The notes under the pieces: model-generated
The model's database searches: none
The model's input: the letters and a program-made list of their open reading frames with translations, nothing else
What the model was told of the DNA's origin: nothing
Translations under genes and position numbers: made by a program
Shown: positions 1 through 8,344 of the stretch, one piece after another
Layout: each line of letters starts with the position of its first letter
Numbering within the stretch: position 1 is the first letter of the stretch
Source of the DNA: a virus
Lineage: Duplodnaviria > Caudoviricetes
DNA length: 27,657 nucleotides
IMG/VR virus record: IMGVR_UViG_3300048578_000133
Location: 1-27,657 of that record
Strand: one strand, 5' to 3'

Positions 1-303
1 ATTTATATCGGTAAGCATTTTTAAAAAAGAGAGTGCGCTCTGTTGGTTTACGGCACCTTTATAGGTATCCGCAAATGTTTCGTAAAATAAATATACCTCA
101 ACTTGTAGCCTAACATTTTGCATTAGTTCTGCCATATCTTCTATACCCAAACTTCGGAATGCCAGGAATATTGCAGGTGCCGGAAAAGTGTGTTCTTCTT
201 CTAAAAAACCAACTTGATTATGCCAAAGGTCAACCCATTTAATGCCCTCTATTTCTGCTGCTTTTTCAGCCAGTTCTATATATAATTCATCCCAAGCTTG
301 CAT
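1..303 (-). CDS. Phage protein, probable tail completion/terminator (Mu gp37-like); 3' end outside the window
   Basis: Manual translation from ATG at 303: MQAWDELYIELAEKAAEIEGIKWVDLWHNQVGFLEEEHTFPAPAIFLAF..., open to base 1. Not in the ORF track. Function inferred from position after gpG. Confidence 0.65.
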   Translation of the reverse strand, partial: MQAWDELYIELAEKAAEIEGIKWVDLWHNQVGFLEEEHTFPAPAIFLAFRSLGIEDMAELMQNVRLQVEVYLFYETFADTYKGAVNQQSALSFLKMLTDIN

Positions 304-307
304 ATTT

Positions 308-820
308 TTATTTGTTAAATGTTGTAATTATTGTTTCTATTATTTTACTGTCTATATTTTTATTTAGCTCAGCACTATTGCCTATAAACTGGCGTTTAGG
401 TATGCGAATATCCATACGTTTCTTTTTTGTTAATGCCATCCACTTCCACTTTTCCTTGTCCGTTTCAATATACATGGCCCAAAAAAACTTTCGCATTTTT
501 GCGGTTATTGGTATACTGTACTTAGCACCATTATTATGAGCGTCTGCATGTGGCAAGTCGGTTCCAATAATTATGTTGTTTATTGTTGCAAGCCTTACCT
601 TTAAGTCATTCATTAAACTATTGGTGTTCATTAGTATTTTATGGCCTAAATCGTCCTTTCTTTTGGGCCATGCAACAAAGCTTCTATCAGTAAAACCCTG
701 CTTGCGAAAACTGCCTTTAAAATGGCTTAAAGCCTGCTGACTTACGTTATGAGGAAGCTGTTTAATAATGGCCTTTCCCATAGCCTCAAAATCGGGTGTT
801 TTGTTAATTTTTGATGGCAT
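308..820 (-). CDS. Virion morphogenesis protein (Mu gpG / phage tail S-like)
   Basis: Motifs W-PKRK, HADAHNNG and IPKRQFIG; follows MuF as in Mu. Confidence 0.85.
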   Translation of the reverse strand: MPSKINKTPDFEAMGKAIIKQLPHNVSQQALSHFKGSFRKQGFTDRSFVAWPKRKDDLGHKILMNTNSLMNDLKVRLATINNIIIGTDLPHADAHNNGAKYSIPITAKMRKFFWAMYIETDKEKWKWMALTKKKRMDIRIPKRQFIGNSAELNKNIDSKIIETIITTFNK

Positions 821-850
821 TTGTGTTTTAATTATAAAATACTACCTTTG
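820..850 (+). promoter_or_regulatory. Bacteroidota primary-sigma promoter, antisense to the head operon
   Basis: TTTG (820-823), 19-nt spacer, TACCTTTG (843-850): exact -33/-7 consensus. Confidence 0.75.
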
Positions 851-854
851 AAGT

Positions 855-920
855 CCTCGGGGAGCGGTTCGCCAATCCCCACCAATAGAAAGCCATTAGC
901 AATAATGGCTTTCCGTATTT
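855..920 (+). ncRNA. Candidate small RNA: tRNA-acceptor-like minihelix ending in ACCA, followed by a terminator-like hairpin
   Basis: GGGGA (859-863) pairs with TCCCC (876-880); inner GG-TTCG-CC; ACCA at 881-884; consensus promoter directly upstream. Confidence 0.55.
888..920 (+). terminator. Hairpin, probable intrinsic terminator
   Basis: GAAAGCCATTA-GCAA-TAATGGCTTTC: 11-bp perfect stem, GNRA loop on the plus strand, then CGTATTTT. Confidence 0.65.
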
Positions 921-2257
921 TAAAGCAATTCGTTCAGTTTGTCCAGTATGGTTTCAAAAGTGTCTGCCTTTTCAATGTTTACCATTTTGCCTTTGTATTC
1001 AAAATAACATGTCTTAACGTTTTTATAGTGCTTAATTTTAGCATTTACCTGTTTTGCAGCATCAACCAGTGAAGACTTTAAAAAAGATGCTTGGTAATTA
1101 TCCAAATCAATTACAATAAACGTTTCTGCTAAATCTCTTAACTGACCTTGCTTTTTTAGTTTATCGTTAAAAGCGTTAGTTATCGAATTTTTAACAATTT
1201 TACTTTTAGCAACAATCTTGTCTCCAATTACATCGTCAAACTTTAACTCCGGGTTTTTCTGGCCTTTTTTGTGTGGGTTTATTTCAACCTTCTTACCTAG
1301 CCAATCTGTTGCTGTTGTTGCGGTTTTTACGTTACTCACAAGGTCAGTTAAATCAGCAAACATACTTACTTTAACAACTCTTTCTTTTGGTGTTTTAATC
1401 GTATATTTTGGTGCATAATTCTTGCTGTTTTCAAGAGCTTCTCTTAAATCCTGTCTGCCTTGAACCCCACGTTTTGCAAGCTGGAAAAACGGGTGTCTTT
1501 CTTCGCTAAATATTTCTTTAGTTAATGCCACATTGTTTTTAAACTCAGGTGGTATATCAGCAGCGGTTTGTAAAGCATAACACCTACACCTGAAGCGTAA
1601 AGGTGGATAGTGTGTTTTCCAAAAATCAGAATCAATAGCGGCAATAATGTCATTAAGTTTCCTATGCTCATCGCTAACCCGGTTGTCTTCTTGTGTTTTA
1701 AATTTAAGGTTTGGAAAACGCTCTTTATTTTTAACAGCTGTTTCCCAAAATGCAGCCATTTTAGCGCTATGGTTAGCGGTGTCATACTCTGCCTGAAGAT
1801 GATTAATATTGTATTGGTTGTTAAGTTTTAACGCTTCTTTTTTAAACTCTTCAAACGGAACAATTTTACCATCCTTAACCATCTTGCTGTTTAGCTCTTC
1901 AAGCATGGTATATGTTTTTGCACCACTAAACCTATAAAGGTTTTGTTGCAATAGTATTGCATCTCGCGAAGGAAGTTTGGAGTTATTGTTCCAGCCCTTT
2001 CCAAAACCACTTTCAGCACCCTCGTTTAATGTTTCAAAGGTTTTTGTAATTGATTCTCTATTCAGGTCTGTAGGCTTTATTTTGCCTTCGTGCAGGTCTT
2101 TTGCAAGCTGCGTAATAACTTTCTCCCATCCGCTTAAATCAATGGCTAAAACAGTGTTAAAACCACCACAGCAAGGACAGTTTTCAATATTGTAATATGC
2201 CTCAACCTTTTTGTAATAAAACTTTTGCGAAGCTGATATGAGCTGCGCGTTTATTTC
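920..2257 (-). CDS. MuF (Mu gp30/gpF-like) minor head protein with C-terminal CdiA-like nuclease domain; probably the -1 frameshift extension of the portal
   Basis: MuF motifs (LQAEYDTA, D-RV--EH, FW-THYPPLRFRCRC). The frame is open upstream of the tracked TTG at 1951 into the portal 3' end (first upstream stop at 2372-2374) with no ATG/GTG/TTG. C-terminal VEINP..KNPE....GD..IVIDL. Confidence 0.85.
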   Translation of the reverse strand, partial: EINAQLISASQKFYYKKVEAYYNIENCPCCGGFNTVLAIDLSGWEKVITQLAKDLHEGKIKPTDLNRESITKTFETLNEGAESGFGKGWNNNSKLPSRDAILLQQNLYRFSGAKTYTMLEELNSKMVKDGKIVPFEEFKKEALKLNNQYNINHLQAEYDTANHSAKMAAFWETAVKNKERFPNLKFKTQEDNRVSDEHRKLNDIIAAIDSDFWKTHYPPLRFRCRCYALQTAADIPPEFKNNVALTKEIFSEERHPFFQLAKRGVQGRQDLREALENSKNYAPKYTIKTPKERVVKVSMFADLTDLVSNVKTATTATDWLGKKVEINPHKKGQKNPELKFDDVIGDKIVAKSKIVKNSITNAFNDKLKKQGQLRDLAETFIVIDLDNYQASFLKSSLVDAAKQVNAKIKHYKNVKTCYFEYKGKMVNIEKADTFETILDKLNELL

Positions 2258-2277
2258 TTTTTTCCGTCCCCACCTCC
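2227..2277 (-). promoter_or_regulatory. Putative -1 ribosomal frameshift signal (portal to MuF)
   Basis: A-AAA-AAG in the portal frame at 2263-2257; GGAGG 9 nt upstream; imperfect hairpin GCGCAGCT-CATATC-AGCTTCGC 8 nt downstream. Confidence 0.75.
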
Positions 2278-3513
2278 CGAAGGGTTGGGCGCAATAGGTG
2301 CATTTTGTTTTATTCCTAAAATTGGTATTCCGGTAACTTGGGTAATGTATTCTGGGTCTATGTCGTAAAGGCTACCAAATTTTTGAATAGTATCAATAAT
2401 TTGCAGTTGTGTAAGGCTTTCTGTGTTATCCCACTTAAAGTAATGGTTTGCTAGAGGTGCATACACTGGGCTAAGGTTTACCAATACTGGTTTTATTTGC
2501 ATATTAAACACATATTCAAATAGCGTTTTGTCCGCTTCAAACCTGTCTTTTGCAAGTGTAAACTGTATATCAGCACTTCCTACAAATGCTTTCTGATCAG
2601 TTAGCCCGGCACCACCAAGAACACGCTTGCTAAGCTCATCATTGCAAATTTGTATTAGCTTTTCATGAGGCGCAACACCAGTACCTCCAATGTTGCCAAT
2701 TTCAAACTTCTCTTGTCCTTTACCCACCATAAAGTGGTTGCGTTTAAAGTTTGATGCTGCATTAAAAAGCTCTTTTAATCGTGTATCGTCTTCACGGTCT
2801 GTGGTAACAAAAATAGGTGGTACACCAAACTTGTCTATGTAATCTAGAAATGCACCAAAGCCTAATTTTTTAGCCAATATTACTATGGCCATTTGCGAGA
2901 GCATTCCTAACTCATCATCTTTACCAATTTGCACGTATTGTTGCGCAAATGGCCCCTCTCTATAACTCCATCCTGTAGTTGCACCTGAAGTCTTGGTTAT
3001 TATTCCTTTTCTTGTGTTAAAGTGACCACGTGGAATTTCTGTAATTTGTTTGAGCTCACCTTCAGGAGTTAAATCGAAAAACTCAAGAAGCTTTGTGCCT
3101 TCAAATTGGTGTGTTATAACCATTCTGATTAAATCACGCATCCAAGGCCTTTCTAATAACCAACTTATTTCAGTGTTTTCTTTATCCTTTTCGTCAACCA
3201 TTTTAAATTTACTACGTTGGCTGTAAAGCACTCGCGTATCTATAATGGATGAAAGGTGTTGATCCAATAATAAATTACTGTATAAGCTGGCCAATGGTTG
3301 AAAGTCGGGCTCTTTAGGGTCGGTTGCTAAGGCAATGGCCGTTTTAAGGTCTTTAATTGTTTTTGCTGTTAACTCAACGGCCTCATACTCCAGCGTTTTA
3401 CTTGGGCTATCTGTACCTCTTCTAATAGCAGATTCAACTAAAATAGCTCTGTCATCAATCCTTTTAAGAACCTCTCTTTGAATGTAGTTCCAAGCTTTAT
3501 TTTTTAAACTCAT
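2251..3513 (-). CDS. Portal protein (DUF935 / Mu gp29-like)
   Basis: 420 aa; D-HLSS-I-TR, KFGVPP, C-DELSK-VLG motifs; lies between terminase/gp36 and MuF. Confidence 0.88.
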   Translation of the reverse strand: MSLKNKAWNYIQREVLKRIDDRAILVESAIRRGTDSPSKTLEYEAVELTAKTIKDLKTAIALATDPKEPDFQPLASLYSNLLLDQHLSSIIDTRVLYSQRSKFKMVDEKDKENTEISWLLERPWMRDLIRMVITHQFEGTKLLEFFDLTPEGELKQITEIPRGHFNTRKGIITKTSGATTGWSYREGPFAQQYVQIGKDDELGMLSQMAIVILAKKLGFGAFLDYIDKFGVPPIFVTTDREDDTRLKELFNAASNFKRNHFMVGKGQEKFEIGNIGGTGVAPHEKLIQICNDELSKRVLGGAGLTDQKAFVGSADIQFTLAKDRFEADKTLFEYVFNMQIKPVLVNLSPVYAPLANHYFKWDNTESLTQLQIIDTIQKFGSLYDIDPEYITQVTGIPILGIKQNAPIAPNPSGGGDGKKK

Positions 3514-3523
3514 AGTTGATTGA

Positions 3524-3943
3524 TTAAATGTAATAGTCGTTATTGGTGTTATTTCCGTACATTAGTGATGTAGCCGAATTTCCGGTATCATCCAACTTAG
3601 GTGGAATGTCTAATACAACTCTTCCTGCTTGTATCTTTTCAAGTTGTTTTAAACCCCATTTAAAATCATTGTCTTTTTCAGGGTCGAATTTCCGAGCTGA
3701 ATTTCTGCTTAGAATTTGATGAACAACCATTTTAGCAATAATCATTACTAAAAATTCATCACGAATAGGCTCTTGTTCATTAAAGGTATCAATAACATCA
3801 TATCTTTCCTTTAAATAGGGTTTTACAATGCCAATTACTGATGTTTCTGTTCGGTTTATAATTTCCGCATCATCTGATGTGCTTTCGGTAATAAACCGTT
3901 CAAAGCTGTAAAGTAATAAATCGTTATTTGTTAGGTAAATCAT
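3524..3943 (-). CDS. Head-tail adaptor (DUF1320 / Mu gp36-like)
   Basis: 139 aa; YLT..DL start, YL..RYD and LEKIQAG...LD motifs. Confidence 0.82.
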   Translation of the reverse strand: MIYLTNNDLLLYSFERFITESTSDDAEIINRTETSVIGIVKPYLKERYDVIDTFNEQEPIRDEFLVMIIAKMVVHQILSRNSARKFDPEKDNDFKWGLKQLEKIQAGRVVLDIPPKLDDTGNSATSLMYGNNTNNDYYI

Positions 3944-5454
3944 AGTCTTTCATTATTTGGCATCATTCTGCCTGATTGATAATTGCCCTGTTTGTTTCCT
4001 ATTGGTATATGTCGCTGTAAAAATTCAACGCACTGATGGTGAGCATCGGGCCAGTCATCATGTGTTTTATATCCCGGCTCTATTCCTAAAAGTTGTGCAA
4101 TACCTACTTGTGTATCGGCATGAGCTTTTTTTGCTTCATTAAAGTAAATACGGCTGTTTTGATACCTTGGTTGCAGCGATAGTATTCGGTCGTATTTATT
4201 GTTTTTAGACACAGTTACCTTGCTAATGTTTAAGTAAATACCATACTCGCGGCTAACTTCGTTTATGGTGCGTTCCACTTCATCATTCCAAAACTGCGCC
4301 TCATACTGCCAATGCACAGTAACGGTTTTTGGTAGTTTAATTTGAAACTCACACATCCACTCAACCGCGGCCCTCATTTTACTTTGTTTACAAAAACAGT
4401 CAATGTGCCAAAAGTCGGTATCTTTTAAACCCATTACCTCCACTGCGTTGTAATCGCTTGTGCTGTTTCCTGCATAAGCAATATCCCAATGGCCAACTAT
4501 AATTTTAAAGTGGTTTAGGTTGGGTATTTTACCCCACTGTATTTGTTCGTTTTTAAAAATATCACCTTCAACATGTGGCTCGTTGTTGTATTCCGCCATT
4601 GCTTGAAGTCTACCGATATCGTCTTCAATTTCTTTAAAATAATTGGCGTGGTATTTTTGGTGCCATGTTGGTTTATACGTTACTGGGTCGTAAGCATTAA
4701 TCCTGTGCTTTTTCCATTTAGGATGGTTTTCTGCCAAAATTGTTTGTATCATTATTGGGTGGAAACCATTGTTTGATTGTATAAACCTACGTATGGGGCC
4801 ATCCATTGTTGGTATTAAATCCTTTTCAATCCATCTGGCTATTTCCTTTTGTCTTTTTGGGTTTTTAATGGTTTCTTTTATCTCTAAATCATCTGCATTA
4901 ATATGTGTTGGCCTACGGTTTTTAACACGTAAACCACGTACACTTTGTCCCATGCCTAATGCTTGACCAATAAACCCGCTTTTGGTAATAAAAAAACCAT
5001 CCTCCCAAGTGCCAAATTGTTTTTGTTCACCAAAGTGAGCTATGATACGCGGGTTCGTTTCAAACTCCGCGCGTAAATCTTCCAATAGCTGCTCAGCGCG
5101 TGGCTCAGAACTACCAATAACAACTAAGTAAACGGGTTCACCACGTAACCACAACCAAAATGGAATAAATATATTATTCCATACCGATTTAGCTAAAGCA
5201 CGTCCCCACCAAGCAAATCCTTTAAATAATGGGTCTTTTGCTACCATTAAGGCAAATTCGGTATGGAAGTCTGCGCACTCACTATCTGCATAATGCGGAA
5301 AGAAGTGTTCAACCATAAATTTGGGGTCGCGTTTGCACTGCTCAACAATGGCTTGCATTTCCGCTGCTGTCTGAAACTCCGGTACACCAGCTGAGCGGGC
5401 AAATTCGAGTTTCTTTTTGTACCGCTCTATGCTCTTCTTATCTGCGGCTTTCAT
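3940..5454 (-). CDS. Terminase large subunit (Mu gp28-like)
   Basis: Deviant Walker A (WGRALAKS), Walker B (INADDLE), RNase H-like nuclease motifs (HWDIAY, HDDWPDA). Confidence 0.9.
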   Translation of the reverse strand: MKAADKKSIERYKKKLEFARSAGVPEFQTAAEMQAIVEQCKRDPKFMVEHFFPHYADSECADFHTEFALMVAKDPLFKGFAWWGRALAKSVWNNIFIPFWLWLRGEPVYLVVIGSSEPRAEQLLEDLRAEFETNPRIIAHFGEQKQFGTWEDGFFITKSGFIGQALGMGQSVRGLRVKNRRPTHINADDLEIKETIKNPKRQKEIARWIEKDLIPTMDGPIRRFIQSNNGFHPIMIQTILAENHPKWKKHRINAYDPVTYKPTWHQKYHANYFKEIEDDIGRLQAMAEYNNEPHVEGDIFKNEQIQWGKIPNLNHFKIIVGHWDIAYAGNSTSDYNAVEVMGLKDTDFWHIDCFCKQSKMRAAVEWMCEFQIKLPKTVTVHWQYEAQFWNDEVERTINEVSREYGIYLNISKVTVSKNNKYDRILSLQPRYQNSRIYFNEAKKAHADTQVGIAQLLGIEPGYKTHDDWPDAHHQCVEFLQRHIPIGNKQGNYQSGRMMPNNERL

Positions 5455-5960
5455 TATCCTAAAGTTTCTGCAACCGCACTAATGTGGTTTTCTTGAAAAT
5501 CTACAGTTTGTAAATACAAATCTTTATCATGCTCGGCCAAGGCTTTAAAAATGGCATCCATTATTTCTAAATAAAGCCGTAAAGAAGGTTTGTTTGATTT
5601 TTCTACCGCTTCTAATGCTTTGCTGTACATCGCTATTTCCTGACCCATTGCTACCGTTTCTTTTTGTAGCATCATTACCTCCATTTTGTCCTTTTTGGCT
5701 TGCGCTTCGGGGATTAACTTAAACAGCTCTAACCTTCTTTCTGTTAATGTTCCGATAACAGTTTTAATGTCTTCAGCTCTTTTTTCGGTAGCATTTAAAC
5801 GGGCTGTTCTTTGTTGCTTCCAATTATCCTTTGGGTCATTAACCCACTTGGTTAATGTTTGAACCGATACTCCTAATATTTGGTGTATTTCGACCTGACT
5901 TTTACCATGCTCTATAAACATGATTTTAGCGGCTGTTTTTAGCTTTTTTGTGTCTGCCAT
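5454..5960 (-). CDS. Terminase small subunit (N-terminal HTH)
   Basis: HTH SQVEIHQILGVSVQTLTKWV; TAATG overlap with the large subunit; ATG at 5960 preferred over the tracked TTG at 5981. Confidence 0.8.
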   Translation of the reverse strand: MADTKKLKTAAKIMFIEHGKSQVEIHQILGVSVQTLTKWVNDPKDNWKQQRTARLNATEKRAEDIKTVIGTLTERRLELFKLIPEAQAKKDKMEVMMLQKETVAMGQEIAMYSKALEAVEKSNKPSLRLYLEIMDAIFKALAEHDKDLYLQTVDFQENHISAVAETLG

Positions 5961-6044
5961 TTGTTGCGATTTGTTACACAAAAAAAGCCCTCAAAATGCC
6001 GTTATTTTTTTTTCAATTCCGAATCGGTAACTGTTTGTTAGTAA

Positions 6045-6067
6045 TTCAGTATCAATTATATACTGAA
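6045..6067. promoter_or_regulatory. Palindromic operator candidate between the divergent late operons
   Basis: TTCAGTAT-N7-ATACTGAA perfect inverted repeat near the centre of the intergenic region. Confidence 0.5.
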
Positions 6068-6144
6068 ACGGAATAGCAATTTTTTTTCAAGATTTAACCA
6101 GTACATTTTTGTTCCATCAAAAGGCAACAAAAACACTTTAAACT

Positions 6145-7371
6145 TTGAAAAAACACTATCTGATTTTAGCAAATGCAGCACGCGATAAAAACCTAGTAGG
6201 TATTGTTGTTTGTGAAGCCAAAGGCACAGTGGCTACTTTTAAAATTCGTGGATATATAGGTAGCGAAAAAAATAACCCGGATGTATTATCACTCCTTGTT
6301 GATGATGCTATTGCTAAAGGCTGTAAAACAGCTGTTGTACAAATTAGCACTCAGGGTGGTAGTGTTTATGATGCCGCAGATATGGTTGCTGAACTTGAGC
6401 GTTTTGGCGAAGGCAATGTAACAGTATATGCAGGAGCATTAGTTGCTAGTGCAGGCACTCGTTTTTTAACCAAGTTTAAAAGTGTTGGCCGCCCCAATTC
6501 GCAGTTTATGATACATAAACCTTCGGCTGGTAGTTATGGAACTGAAACCGATATGGAAAACGGTTTAGTTAGGTTAAAGAATACCACCAATGATTATCGT
6601 GCAGCATACGCCAAAAAAATGCAAATAACCGAAGCACAGGTAGAAGCTCTATGGGCGAATGGAGATAAATGGTTTACCGCAAAACAGGCCCTAGATGCTA
6701 AGCTTATTGATGTTATAGAAGGTACAGCTGAAGTAATAGATACAGAAACAACAGCTATGCTAAGGGCTTGCGGAGCGCCTGTTATTCCTGTTCCCCAAAA
6801 ACAATCAAGTAAAATTATGGATAGAGACGAATTAATCGCATTGCTAGGCTTGGATGCCTCGGCAAGTGATGAGCAAATTAAAGCAGCTATTGCTGCCAAG
6901 AAGCCTGCCACTCAAAATACAGAAATGAATAAAACTGAATTAATTGCCAGTTTAGGACTGGATGCAAATGCGACCGAAGATCAAATTAAGGCCGCAATTT
7001 CTAAAATGAAAACATCCGCATCGGCTCATGATGCTGCGCAGAAGGAAGCGGAAAACCATGCAAAAACAAACGCTGAAAATGCAGTAAAGGCGGCTATTAC
7101 AGCTAAAAAAGTGCCTGCTACACAATTGGAGTCATTAGTTAAAATGTACATGGCTACTCCTAAAGAAACGCAGGCCATGATTGATGCATTACCGGAAGGT
7201 AAGGCACTTAGTGCAGAACTTGACACAGATAAGCCTGCTGACTTAGAAGCATCGCGTAAAGACTGGAAGCTTAGTGATTATTTAGACAAAGACCCAAAAG
7301 CATTAGCTGCTATGGAAAAGGGAGACCCTAAACGATTTAAGCAACTAAACGATGATTACTACGGTGCGTAG
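6145..7371 (+). CDS. ClpP-like prohead protease fused to scaffold protein
   Basis: GGSV, G-VASAG (catalytic Ser), FMIHKP and WFTAKQAL...LID motifs; Ala/Lys-rich helical C-terminal half. Confidence 0.88.
   Translation: MKKHYLILANAARDKNLVGIVVCEAKGTVATFKIRGYIGSEKNNPDVLSLLVDDAIAKGCKTAVVQISTQGGSVYDAADMVAELERFGEGNVTVYAGALVASAGTRFLTKFKSVGRPNSQFMIHKPSAGSYGTETDMENGLVRLKNTTNDYRAAYAKKMQITEAQVEALWANGDKWFTAKQALDAKLIDVIEGTAEVIDTETTAMLRACGAPVIPVPQKQSSKIMDRDELIALLGLDASASDEQIKAAIAAKKPATQNTEMNKTELIASLGLDANATEDQIKAAISKMKTSASAHDAAQKEAENHAKTNAENAVKAAITAKKVPATQLESLVKMYMATPKETQAMIDALPEGKALSAELDTDKPADLEASRKDWKLSDYLDKDPKALAAMEKGDPKRFKQLNDDYYGA
6817..7011 (+). repeat. Tandem duplication (108-nt period) of the scaffold N-terminal motif
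   Basis: MDRDELIALLGLDASASDEQIKAAI (from 6817) and MNKTELIASLGLDANATEDQIKAAI (from 6925). Confidence 0.85.
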
Positions 7372-7429
7372 TAATCATTATTTCTAAAACTACCGGGCAA
7401 TTATTAATAAACAAATTTTCAAAAAATAG

Positions 7430-8314
7430 ATGTCACAATTAAAAAACGAATTAGCCGAAAAAGAGCTAATTAAACAGTTTCGCCACATCAAAAGCTGGTT
7501 AGGTCGCGTAAAGTCTAAACCGCAATGGGTAAGTAATGATGTTATTAAAATACCTAAGCAGGGCGCAGCACCTACTGTTTTAATTAACAACAACATCTAC
7601 CCAATCATTAGCAATGAGCGCGAGGATGACCATATCGTTCTTGCATTAAACAAATACGACACCACTAACACTGTTGTTAGTGATGATGAGTTGGAAACAT
7701 TGCCTTATGAAAAGGTTAATGATGTGCAAGTACAACACCGCGAAGAGTTGGAGGACGTAACCGCAGAACACGCTTTACATTCTATTGCACCACCTGCACA
7801 TAGTGCTACAACACCTGTACTGGAAACAACCGGAGCAACTGTTGACGGGCGTAAACGCTTAACAACAGCAGATTTAATTACCTACAAGAAAAAGTTAGAC
7901 GATTTAAAAGTACCTAAAAAAGGTAGAATGCTGATTTTATGTAGCGATCACGTTTCTGACTTGCTTTTGGAAGATAAAGCATTTGTTACGCAATATCATA
8001 ACCAAACCGATGGTCTAATTGCCTCAAACTATATGGGCTTTGAAGTATTCGAAGACCTAAGCGAAGTTACTTACAAAGATGTAGCTGGCACATTGACCAG
8101 AGAGGCATACGGAGCTTTAGCAACAGGTAAAACAGCCTCAATTGTTGCCTATGTTGGCAATTTGGCAAAAGCCACAGGAAGCGTTAAGCGCTACATGCGT
8201 AGTGCCGAACAAGACCCTGAAAATCGTAAAAATACAATTGGCTTCCGTTTATACGCCATTTGTGTTGCCATCAAAAACCAAGGTATGGGAGCTATCGTTT
8301 CCGCTGCTGCTTAA
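7430..8314 (+). CDS. Major capsid protein
   Basis: 294 aa directly after protease/scaffold; LDDLKVPKKGR.LIL and YMGFEVFE motifs typical of HK97-fold capsids. Confidence 0.85.
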   Translation: MSQLKNELAEKELIKQFRHIKSWLGRVKSKPQWVSNDVIKIPKQGAAPTVLINNNIYPIISNEREDDHIVLALNKYDTTNTVVSDDELETLPYEKVNDVQVQHREELEDVTAEHALHSIAPPAHSATTPVLETTGATVDGRKRLTTADLITYKKKLDDLKVPKKGRMLILCSDHVSDLLLEDKAFVTQYHNQTDGLIASNYMGFEVFEDLSEVTYKDVAGTLTREAYGALATGKTASIVAYVGNLAKATGSVKRYMRSAEQDPENRKNTIGFRLYAICVAIKNQGMGAIVSAAA

Positions 8315-8344
8315 TCACCAATTTAAAATAGGAGACTAAAACAA

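Noticed and set aside
859-913. A true tRNA gene or tRNA-derived att site
   Set aside because: Only 26 nt from GGGGA to CCA, no D or anticodon arm, and internal to the head operon.
821-1072. 83-aa plus-strand ORF as the MuF immunity protein
   Set aside because: Antisense to MuF, its TTG start lies upstream of the predicted TSS, and it runs through the hairpin; immunity genes are normally co-oriented.
920-1951. TTG at 1951 as the MuF start
   Set aside because: Leaves about 300 bp of open, protein-like frame unexplained; the frameshift model fits better, though it is unproven.
1952-2263. Portal-MuF pseudogene or sequencing frameshift
   Set aside because: The break falls on a canonical heptamer with flanking stimulators and neighbouring genes look intact; cannot be fully excluded without reads.
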